A stretch of DNA of 64,000 nt from assembly GCA_002633005.1 (NCBI GenBank), contig NMRA01000068.1, forward strand, positions 947,092 through 1,011,091. Direction: 5' to 3'. The number at the start of each line of letters is the position of its first letter. Positions within the stretch are counted from its first letter, which is position 1. The notes under the pieces were generated by a model. The model was not told where the DNA came from. It did no database searches and saw only the letters and a program-made list of their open reading frames with translations. Positions 27,001-39,000 of the stretch are shown piece after piece. Origin of the DNA: Phoronis australis. Lineage: Eukaryota; Animalia; Phoronida. A program made the position numbers and the translations under genes.

Positions 27001-30000
27001 TTAATTCAGAAATTTTTTTCTGAAAAGTCCACTTAGTCAACTTTTAGTCACAAATTCGGTTTGTGGAGTGTATATATTATAAGAACAAAGTGCTAGCGAA
27101 CTATGCATTTATTAACATAAAATTTANGTAACTGGTCTTGGCTAATTATCATTTTATGGCCTGGTCATCCATTCAGCCCAAAGTAGTTCCAGAGGTGGCT
27201 TATCAGCCAATTATTCACGCATGCTGACTCACAATAGAAGCCTGATAAGAGTGAAGGTGGATAAATGCGGTGTTCCTACAGTTTCTTGTTTTAGTGGATG
27301 TGTTCACGACATGGAAAGACGCAACTCATTGGCAGGATAACCAAATAAGAAACAACTATAATCTCTATGGTAACAGTAATACATGGCAACAAACAGACTT
27401 AAAAGTAATATACCAATTATAGCTCATTTAGATTTTATTACAAATATGTTACAACAATTCAATAAATAAATGTAAAATAATTATTTGTCGTGTGTTCAAA
27501 GAAGTTTTTAACATTCTTGGATCAACATTTGACCAAATAAAAATTTAATTTTAATTCCATGCTAAAAGTAGGAATTGATGATACATATTAAATACTTCCA
27601 AAGAAATAGCAAATTAGGAAACTTCAACCCACCTGACTGCATCATACATGTGTAAGTTAGAAACTCTAGCACCATATCCACCTTCTAATACATGGGCATG
27701 TATAGTATTGCCCAGGATCTAGACGAATACAAAACATAACAACACTATGTTAGAAAAGGTTGATGAATAATAGACATCCAGTCGATAAATATCAGAAGTG
27801 AAAACTTAAAACTAATACTGGACTTAATTTCAACCGAGTGACGTTGCATCGTCATTGTAAGTACTTTCACTAGCAGCCGTCCTCTTTTCATAAGGAACAT
27901 ACATGCCAATTTCCACAACCATCCTTAGAGCAGTTTGGATGATAGAGCTGTAGACGCCAAAAGACTCGAAAAGAGTAAAAATGGCCACTAGGTGGTGCAA
28001 AATACCTCGAATCAATCCCAAAACCAGAAGATAGCATTACCCCTCTAATAGATGCTTATTTTCCAAATTTTATGAAAATCCATTGAGGACATTTAAAGAT
28101 ACAGACTGAGGTAAACATAACTAAAACTGCTATTAGGGGGTACATTGATAGTCCAATCCGTCCAAAAGTTGTCATCGTCCATTGTCAACTTCATATAAAT
28201 ACACTTGCAAAATTTAATAAAGATCCTATACAGCATTAAGAAGATACAGCCATGGGCACAAAAATAAACAAAACAGCCACTAGGAGGTGCCACAATAGTT
28301 AAAATCATCGGAAAATCATATAAATATGTGGGCACATAAAAATTGGCAACCACCAACCAGTTCACTTGTTTAAAGGTTATCACATGAATGTTTGTAAAAG
28401 AAAACAAAGAGAAATTGAGCTTAGCAATTCAGTATGTCCGTTTTCTTAAAGGAGACTGGCAGACTTGAAAATTTCCTTCACGAAGAACCATAATGGAGCT
28501 CTCGTGCTTTATCTCAGGTGTTTTGTGCAATGGGCCCAACCATGAGGCCTGCGCATGTCTTATGCACCGCAAAAGACATCAGGCCACCTGCACTGTTTTT
28601 TTTATGTTTAGCAATTCAGAAGGACTGTCACAACATTGGTTTCTCTGTCAGGAGTGGACTGGTACTGTTCTTGGTTTAATAACTTTTTATTGTTCTGTTT
28701 GTGGATAAGCAAATAGCACTTGATTGATATGACCCAGGAGGTCAGGACAGTGATGATGTAATTTGTTTACATTCTAGAGGATTTTAGTCTGTTAGTGATT
28801 AATGTAGTCTGGAACATTCTAGAGCCTAATACTTGTCTGTACAATTATTGGGTGGATTCCAGAAATTTCTAGAATTTGCTTGAATGAACTGTTGGAAAGT
28901 TCTAGAACATTGTAACAACCTATAAATACCCAGGCCCTGTTGAGTTTAGTGAAGTCGAGTTCAGTTGGAGTTGAAAGCTAGTCAGTGACAGTTTAAGTTG
29001 GTTGAAGTTACAGTTGAGAGAATCAGCGCTTACAGCGATAGTCAAATGAGCCAGCTATAGAGACAACAGGTTGTTGATTCAACGAGGGAAACAGTTGGTG
29101 GTGGAAGTGTCTCGGAAGTTCAACACAAGTCAAGGCTTCACAGCACTGGTTAGAACATAGAACAGGCATTACGTCTCACATTTTGTTTCAGTAGAATTGA
29201 GAATGTACGGTCAAGATTAATGAAGCAATTAACTCGAACCAGTCTTCAGTCTCACGTCACACTGAAACAAGGGGTGGGCGATTATCCAAGCAGTGGGCGC
29301 TTAAAAGGTAAACTGGCAAGAGTCAGGGGTGCGCGATTTCCCAAGCAGTGGCTGCTTACGTCCACATTTTAGCCGAACTGGGCAATTGCGCAAGGTGTTC
29401 TTTCCAGCACAAGCGGAAGTCGAAGCCTAAGACAAAGCTGCGAACAAAACCACAGGTTTAAGCTCAAGTTCTCTTAGTAGTAACTTGGGAATGGGCGACT
29501 ACATGTCCAGAAGCTGAAATTTGTGTAAACTGGGGGATGGGTGATTACCCGAACAGTGGGTGCTTACATCGAAATTTGGCAAAAGTTGGGGGTGGGCGAT
29601 TACCCGGGCATGGGCATTAACCCACGAGTTTACGGCAATAGGATTGATACCTCTTCATTAACAAGTATTCCACGAACAAAATCATCTCTCGTCTGGTAGT
29701 CGAAGTTGTCGGTGAAGAGTTGGGTAACCTGGGGTGAGCACACACTGATGTGGCTGTCCACAAGATCGAAACGAAGGTCAACGCTGGCATGCTCTCGAAA
29801 AATTTCCTGTAACAGAAGAAAAAATTCAGTATGCATTATGTGTTCCAAATTCCTAAACACTTTTAAATCTTAGTTTTTTACACGAACCATTCACTGACAA
29901 AACAGTTTACAAGACTGAGGTTCCAGTGAAAAAATAATGTAAAAGTCACTGGGGTCCCACATTTTGTTCACTGAGTAACAGGCATCAACTTGGTTCTCCA

Positions 30001-33000
30001 ATTACAGGACCCCTATAAGTAAGTCACTATTGATGTCAAAAATACCTAGCTTACAGTGTTCTCGTCATTCAGAGTTAAAATATGGGAACTTTGGATGATC
30101 ATTGAACATAGAAGCAATACATTCAACAAGCCCTATTTCAGTATCAAAATTGAAATCATTGCTTTCATAATACGTAAGTGCAGTATTTCTTGGAAGTTGT
30201 ATTCTCTGCTACTTACCATAAAGAGATCAATTTACACTAAACACTAACTAAAGAGTTTCTGATATTGAAAGGTTCCATAACAAAAGCTTACAATAGGGAA
30301 CTCGAACTTCTTCTTAGTGCCAATCTTTTGATATTGCAGCACTCGACAGTGAGTTTGGTCTAACGCAACCACCAGCTCTTCCTCTCGACACCGCGACCTA
30401 TGGCCAGGTGGCGCTCGACTCATCACCATGGTCATGATGGATGACTTGACAGTCTGTCGCAACGTTCTGGAAGTGTGGATGTGCAGGATGTCAGTGTTTG
30501 ATTTTAAGAGGAAAAAAATGATGGTTGCTTCAACCATTTCCAGAGGACCCCCTTGATATTGCCAGTTCAAACTAATAAAATTAATGTTATCACTTATCTT
30601 TCAAAGTGGCAATACCTCATTTAGCCTAATCTTTATAACATTTATTAATAATCAGGATTACTCCAGCATTTTGGACATTTTGGCAAAAACAGGGCAAGCC
30701 TAAGGTAGCATTGGAAAGTTAGGCTGTAGCCACAGGCATTTTCTAGTCCCTAGAATTTAAATACAGGGGGTGTGTCAGGTTTGGCAAGTGGCTGAAGGAA
30801 TATGTTGAAAACAGTTGCCAGGACACCGATTTGCTTGACCATGCTTTTGAATGAGAAAAGTCATTTTTTTTAGCCGTGACCTACTTTTGATGCAAAATGG
30901 TGGCCGCAGTTTGCTTTCAACCCTAGTCGCCTGCTGTCTGAGAAACCAGGCGTGATTTCAGGTGGCTGTCAAACACATCAAAATTGTCAAAAAAGTAGCT
31001 AGTAAGGGGCATAGTACGACCACATTTTTAGAATTTAGAGAGAACGAGCATTCTGAATAATGTAGTCAGATTTTTTCTAGCACTTGCAAGGAAGTGGTAA
31101 ATTTGGGGAGAAACTGTCAAATTTGGCATTCTTGTGCCAGGATCTTTTTGATATGCATTAATCGATTAAAATCTGTAACATAATTAAGTTTCAATCATCA
31201 TGAATACAGCTGTTGAGTTGGGAATGCTAAAAACCTATTTTCAAACGTGAGGTTAGGACTCGTCTCCACTTGGGTGAGCGTCGGGTGCCATTTTTGGAAA
31301 AATCAAACAAGATTTGTATTTCATTTTCCATATCATCAACTGCAAAATGACAATGTTTCTATAGATATTTTTTACACCAGTAGTGAACATTTCTCGGCAA
31401 TCACATGCTAACTACCAGAAATATTCAAATTAGATCAAAAGTTGGGTTGGATGGTGCAAAAAGGCTAGTTAAGTTCTGAACTTCCAAATGGTTTCCAGAA
31501 GTATCTTATTCATTATTAAACAATTAACACAGCATGCCGCCCTGTTCAGCTGGCTATAAGTCTTATAAAAGTTATTAGCATGATAAGAAATTACCTCCGT
31601 TACCAAAAAGAACATGGAAACCATTGATCAGTGACTTAAGAAAACCCTTCAGTTTATTGGGGTTAGCCAACCCTAAAATTGCAAAATCGAAAATGTCACA
31701 TGACTGTAAGCATTGCTTACAACTTGGTAACAGAAATGAAATCCTACCTCACTAAGGAATATTACGAGAACAAAAGGCCAATGGGAATCTCTCTAGATTA
31801 CGTCCACCCTAACTTTACGAACACCAAAAATTAATCACCATTTTCAATTATTTTCCTCTTTAGAAAGATTAAAAAGTTGGAATTTCTTCACCCGCTACTT
31901 TTTAATAGAAGACGCAGAGATTGAAATTAAAATGAAAACCGTTTGTAAAAGTTACATTTCATAACTGTATTTTTGCAACCTGCTCCCGCGAAAGGTACTA
32001 ATCATTATGAAAGCATGTGTCTGAAAGATCGTGCGTCGTCCACTTGAGTGTCGCGGAGAATCGAGGATGGCACGTCATTAACCTTCGCGAGTTCACTGCA
32101 CGATTCACCGTTCATCTATGCTCAGTAGTACTGAGTTCACTGCACGATTCACCGTTCATCTATGCTCAGTAGTACTGAGTTCACTGCACGATTCACCGTT
32201 CATCTATGTTCAGTAGTACTGAGTTCACTGCACGATTCACCGTTCATCTATACTCAGTAGTACTGAGTTCACTGCACGATTCACCGTTCATCTATACTCA
32301 GTAGTACTGAGTACACTGCACGATTCGCCGTTCATCTATACTCAGTAGTACTGAGTTCACTGCACGATTCACCGTTCATCTATACTCAGCAGTACTGAGT
32401 TCACTGCACGATTCACCGTTCATCTATACTCAGTAGTACTAAGAACCCAGGCAGCAGATCCTGACCTGTACATTTTCACTTAAATGGCCATGGCCCATAT
32501 TTGAGTAAGCGCACGTCACCGAGGAGGTTTTAAAATTTTGTGATTAAGCGTCATTGGCATTTAACTTTCACGTGTCTCGGTAATCTTACGCTGGATTCAG
32601 TTCCTTAGATTAGCCATGTACTTGTAAGCTTCACTTTGTTGTGGCCAGCATGCATTTTTATGGTATTTTTTACCTTAAGTTTTTTGAAATACGAACACAA
32701 ACGCGGCACATTCTAACCAACATTATTCAATGTATGAACACCACAAGATCACAAACACTTGTATTTTTAAGTCACGACCACTTGAAAATTATAATTACTT
32801 TATTCGTGGTCGCAATCTAGAGAGATTACCGTAATTCAACTATAGTTTATTAGCCTTAAGTAAAGACCTACTTGTGTTCCTCAATCACTCTCTTCAGATC
32901 CATGTTGGAAACTAAATCGCCATTGATGAGGACAAAGTCAGATGTAATCAGCGACCTGCTGTCCATCTCTCGCAGGGCGTCCCCCATCGACAGACAGTCT

Positions 33001-36000
33001 TCGGAGACAATGATTGTAATCAAGCCACAAGAGCTCCATTTGGACTTTCTATTAAAGTAAACAAGATTTCAACCGGAGAGTGATTACAGGTGAAGATACT
33101 GTATTGCCTTTACATGAAAAGTATCAACTTGAATTTTCAATGAGCAATTCCAAAAATTCTTAACTCCATAGACTCCTCTTAACTTGCTGACCGCATGATA
33201 TAGAGTTATAAATAAACTGACTGGACCTGCTAACTAGTCTAGATATTCTACAGTAACCTTTCTCAAGACTTTGACAAGTGACACTAGATACAGTAAAGGT
33301 TTCATTCAACAATCTTTTTGGTACTATATGGTTTACTAAAATGTAACGGCCATTTATTATAAAATCAACTGCGATAATTTTGCTGACGTCGATGATGTAT
33401 ATCTATATGTTTAAAATAGGTACAAGGTCAACAATATCATAAAGGTAAAATACAATCGGCTAAATGGTATAAAAATATGATACACAAATATGCCCACGGA
33501 TGAAAATTGTTTCAGGAAGATATACTATAGACTGTGCAGCATCGAGTGACCAATAAATCATGATTATTAACAAAAGAATCCTTCACCATTTACTGGTATT
33601 GATAATCAGATCTAGATCTTTGAGTAACCTCCAGTTGTGACCATATCATCATGTGCCATACTCCAAACTTTAGTATTTCTTAAACTTGCATATACTCCAG
33701 TCTCAACTTGCCTTTGAGGCTCTAAGGGCTGTTCCAGCAAAAAGCGTATGGGAGAGGGGGCGGCAGTTGAAATAAAAATTTATGGATGGTTGACTTCTGA
33801 AGGAAACCTAAATTTAAAAATTTGTGGTCACATATGGTCCGCATCCCGTCCATCCGTCGGTTGGTCTGTCTGTCAGTCGTTTTCATTTCTAGTCTGTCAA
33901 TTATCTCAAGAATCACTTAACGGATCATGATGAAATTTGGTATAGAGGTTCTTAGCGGGGATGTGCCAGTCAATTTTTGGAGGGATTTGGCTACCATGGT
34001 ACCCCCTGTTGGCCGTTTTAGTTTTCAATAAGCAATACCTTGTACATCGACGGATTGCAATGAAATTCGATATGGAGGTATATGGCAAAATTTTTGGATG
34101 GATTCAACTACTGTGGCACCCCGTTAGTTTTCGACTCTTTAAGTCCGTCCTTGTCTGTCGATTATCTTGAAACCGCTTATAACATTTGGCACAGAGATAA
34201 ATGGCAGGGATGCGCTGGCATCAATTGATTTTCGGACAGATTTGGCTACCGTAGCACCCCTGTTGGCCATTTTAACAAGACAGGTTGATTATCTCAAAAA
34301 TCACTTGGCACAAATGGATGAAATTTGGCACAAAGATATATGGCAGTAGTCGATTTTTGTTTTGATTAGACCACAATGTTGGCCGCTTTAGTTTTTGACA
34401 ACATTTGACAAGACAGCTAGTTCTTGTCCATCAATCTACTAAACATATCATGATGTGTGTTCTAGAGGCAACTTTTTGCTCCCTCTTGTAGGAATTTTGA
34501 AATAACGAAAACCCCTAGCATCTGCCATTTGCAACGCACGTGAAGGGCGCATACCAACATTCTTGTTCATTAATCGCCAATCACTCGAAAGTATGTGTGA
34601 GTTTTTATTCCTTGTCTGGGAGGGAGATGGTGTTGTGTCTGCTGGACCATTGTCAGTTTATGAAACACTGGAGAACGAAAATATCTAAAGATATTAAAAC
34701 ATAACATGTGCATCACCATGTCTAATTCAAGCATAATTTAACAAATATGTGTGGTGGGTTGAAGAAATAAAAGAAAAATATGGGCGGTGGGTAAACAAAG
34801 TGCCTTCCCCTCCTTTCCATTCGTTCTTTATTAGAACAGCCCTAAGTTGACCAACTGTAAGCATTGCCAATATAGATAGTCCTATTAATGAATGGAGAAT
34901 CCTAAATTAAAACCTACATTACTTATCCTGCCATAGCAAACTCCCTTCGCAAGTCTTAAAATAAAGTAATACTGACACTTAAGTTCAAACCTGTTATTTT
35001 ATTTCAATTTTTAGTACATAGCAATAGCAATAGAAGACTGGTGGAGGATTGAAGGAGCAACATACTTGATATGTTCTTTGATGTCTTCAGCGTGTACTCT
35101 GCAGAACAGAAAAATCTGTTCAATCCCAGCAGAAACAAGGAACTCAAGTGAGTAGTCAAGTAAACTCGCATTCACAAGGGGCAGTAGAGCCTACAATATA
35201 GATGGGTAATTAATTTTTGGAACAAAGACACAGGACACAAAATATGTGGACACAACAGCACATACTTGTTACAACTCATTAATCAGAAACAACATATGCT
35301 GAAACAATGTGTTTGTGTAACAGTAGACCAAGATGCTTAGACGTGAAGAATAAGCCACTATACAGTATTAAAAAATGAATGTATTCTACTCTCAAGTGGA
35401 ACCATGACCAATCAAATGACTGTTGACCAGATGTAACTACTAGACGTATGGTTATATGTGAGCAATATATTGATCAACAACAGAAAATTGACATAACTAT
35501 GTGCATTGTCACAGATATGAAAAACATTTTTAAATGTTTACCTGACTTTTAAGTCAGGTAACCAAGATAAGTCATGACATAGTCGTCAGAACAACATGAC
35601 TGTCAAAGGATATTTTTAGCATATGGCCAAGTAAATCATGCTGGTAACAAGATAGGATTATTCCAATTGAAAATGTAAAGGATCAAAAAGCAGGCTTGAC
35701 GTCATGTCCACAGGCGCAAGCACTGTAAAAATGGCGAGCTGCGGATCTGGTCAACTGAACAAAGGAGTGTGGTGAATGCGCTCCAGTGCATCTACGGTAG
35801 TGACGTCACTTGGAAGTTTGCCTCACATCCCGAAAGTTTATTCCCTGTAGAGCATTAGTTCGGAGTTAGGGAGTGAAATTTCAGGGTTTATCGGAGTACA
35901 ACACACAGTGGTACCTACCAGGGTTTTCCGTAGATAAGCCCATCCCATGAAATGCCCTTGGGCATCTATTCGGAAACTTTGGTGTTGCAACTTCTGGTGT

Positions 36001-39000
36001 CAAGTGCCCAGATAGTAGGGCGTTAATTCAGAAATTTTTTTCTGAAAAGTCCACTTAGTCAACTTTTAGTCACAAATTCGGTTTGTGGAGTGTATATATT
36101 ATAAGAACAAAGTGCTAGCGAACTATGCATTTATTAACATAAAATTTAAAAACATTTTTTTAAGTACAAAATGTCAATGTCAGGAAACCTATGACTTTTC
36201 TTTTATACCCCCTTTTTCAATAAGTGTCCAGACATTTATTTTGCGTTGTTAAGATGTTTGAAATTTTTCATTTTCCGAATACACGCAGATGGGCTCATCT
36301 ACGGAAAATCCCGGTAGCTGTATTTTGTAGATAACCTTCATACAGGTAGCTAGCTGGCTATGTCATAAGACGGATTCATCTAGCGGCCGTCCTGGCCATC
36401 ATTGGGATGGCCATTTTAATAAATATAACGGCATAGACAGCATGGCCAAGACAGAAAAAAAGACGGCCCATTTCAAGACAACCTCTGCAAAAACAATGGC
36501 TAAACGAAGAATTTTAACATTCATGATCAATAAATTTTATAAAAACCTACAATCCATTGTTTTAGTTCGATAAATATTCAGAAATATCTCAACATTAGAG
36601 ACTATTGACATCTATTTGTACTATAAATATCAAAATGGAGAACAGCAAATACTGGCATCCATGCTTTTGGGGGAATATTTTCCTGTCCTGTAACGTCAGA
36701 GTGACCTCGGAATACCCTGAATGGCGAGTGTCTAGAAATATTGCACCCAGCGCTAACTACACGTACATGGGCACTCAGACTTTGAAACTGAAGTACACAG
36801 ACCCGAAGTTCAAACGATTTGCCATAATCCTAATGCTAGTTGCCGATGCGGAAGTTGAAATGGCACTCTCAAAGTGTATTCGACGGAGCAACCAATTTGA
36901 GATAGGAGTACACGTTGAAAAACTGATATCCGCCAAAATTCTATCACTGACCTGCCATCAATGTCATTGAACATGCAAACCAGATAAAACTTGGCACAAA
37001 CTTCCTTAATTTGTTCGCACTGTTTCGTTGCAACATGTACGAATGAATAAAAAAATATGAAAAATCCGCCCACGCCAAACGACGTATGTGCGAACCTGAA
37101 TGCAATGCAACCTTCAAGCGAAAAAATCAAATGTTTCATCTAATGTTGGTCACGTATTCAATGACTAACTTAGCATGAAAGTAAAAGCCTCGAAATATTT
37201 CAACTTTTTGCGGAATTCCAGAATTATTGGGCAATTCGAGTTTGCTTAGTGTGTGGCACTGTAAGCCGTATATGTAAAAAAGAGGTCAGCCAGTCACAGC
37301 ACAGCACCTGTTACTTCAGCAGTGAACCAGGCCTAGATTTGGCCCTTAAAACTATGAGAAAATAATAAATTTATTGTAGCATAGTATGAAAGGCAGTGGC
37401 TGACTTTGGATCTGGTAAGTGTCAATTTCAACAAACGTCCATTTATAATCCACTGCAGAAGACGGTAACAACCACAATGTCCCCGCCACCTGCTGGTGAC
37501 GCCCACAACCAAATTCCATGCGACTCCAAATTAGCGATCAAGAGTAAAGCCTAGGAAAAACAATTAGAAAATGTAAAAATATGAGCCCCAAATTCAAACA
37601 CGGAGTTTCATCTTTTTGGTCATCATCTTATATGACGCCAAGTTCGGGTACACAAGCTCGAGTGCATATATGTCGTCTCTCGTATTTTCAAGCAGAGCTT
37701 TTCGCCTGTGTCCAGGGCTGGTGGGCCTGAGTTGTGAATTTGCTGAGATGTGTTCTCTTGTTCATTGTAGACTTATGAATTGCAATACTGTGTGGTCTGA
37801 TGAAACGTAGACACATGTCCTCAAGGATATATTTCTTCATGTCCTTTCAAATGCTACTTCACTGTTTTCTCATAACTTTAATATTATTCTTTCTCAACTG
37901 CATTAAAATCATAATTTTTTCTTTTGAGAGCTTCAAGATACATTGAGTTTTGAAGTCATGCTGTGAATTATCTGCCTAACATGCCACTCTTCACAGATTA
38001 TCTTACAAGAAAAGATTTACATATCTTGATTTTTGCAGTCTAGCTGGTGACAATGCACACATCCTGAATGAAACAAACCTTTCATTGTTTGTTTAGTTTC
38101 CTTCTTTGTTGTCTTTTGAACAAGAAAAAAATGCAAATTACAGTGTGCTAAAATGCAAGAACAATAACTAACTTTTTTATATTAAATTACAATTTTTCCC
38201 TCAAAGGGAGAGGGGAAACCTCCCGTCCTCCCCCTTCTGCGCTGCGTGCCTCAGAATCGCACTTCGCGCGACTTGCCCTTCTCACGAATTTGGACCCCAA
38301 TTTTCAAATCCTAGATGAATCGCTGTGTCATAACCAGAGGTAACACATCACATGTGGACACCGAAGGCTAATGAATCAACTAAGTAACATTAGGTCGTCT
38401 TCATTCGCTCTTGTACGAGTAAATGGTGGATGTAACAGTGACTTACTTTTTATTCTTTTACATTAAAGCTAATACTGCTTACTCGTGAAAGCATAAAATT
38501 TTTATTAAAAGAGTATTGATTATTGTCATAAAAAGCAGTGCAGAACATAAACATACAAAATTCTCCTATAGCTAAAAAAGATGAGAAAATTCCCCTTTAA
38601 TAATTACACACACCTTTCCCCCAAATGAGTGACGGCCCTGGCCTATGCCTATAGTTCTACTTCGCGCGGCGGACAATAAAATCCAAAGCGAGGCTCACTG
38701 CTATAAACAAAGCGGAAGTTGACATTGCGTGAGTTAAATGGCTGGTCTTTCCAGTCCAACCTGGATATTATATCTTAAAAATGTCTCAATAATTAACCAC
38801 AGAGACATAGAAATTAAAATACATTAGAGAACAAGTCAATGCACCAAGGAGTTTTTCAGAAAACCAGGTGAGAAACATGAAAAGCAAACTGCAAATTGCA
38901 GCGATCGTGTTATGGATTAGATATTATATGCTGAATGCAGGGTTACGTTTCTTCTTGTAAATGTTGATAAAAATGCTTTCTACACAAACCAGGTCATCTG

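Larger units (their letters stand above)
20766..36148. repeat. Direct duplication: copy A 20766-27126, copy B 27314-36148, separated by an N at 27127
   Basis: Colinear exons and introns with scattered substitutions and large indels; near-identical over the last ~1.1 kb. Confidence 0.95.

Noticed and set aside
32089-32440. CRISPR-like array (regular period with palindrome)
   Set aside because: Units are contiguous with no unique spacers, there are no cas genes, and it lies in a eukaryotic intron; it is a minisatellite.
36605-36970. 121-aa ORF faintly resembling a hAT dimerisation domain
   Set aside because: Similarity is too weak (no ERxFS motif) to support by eye.
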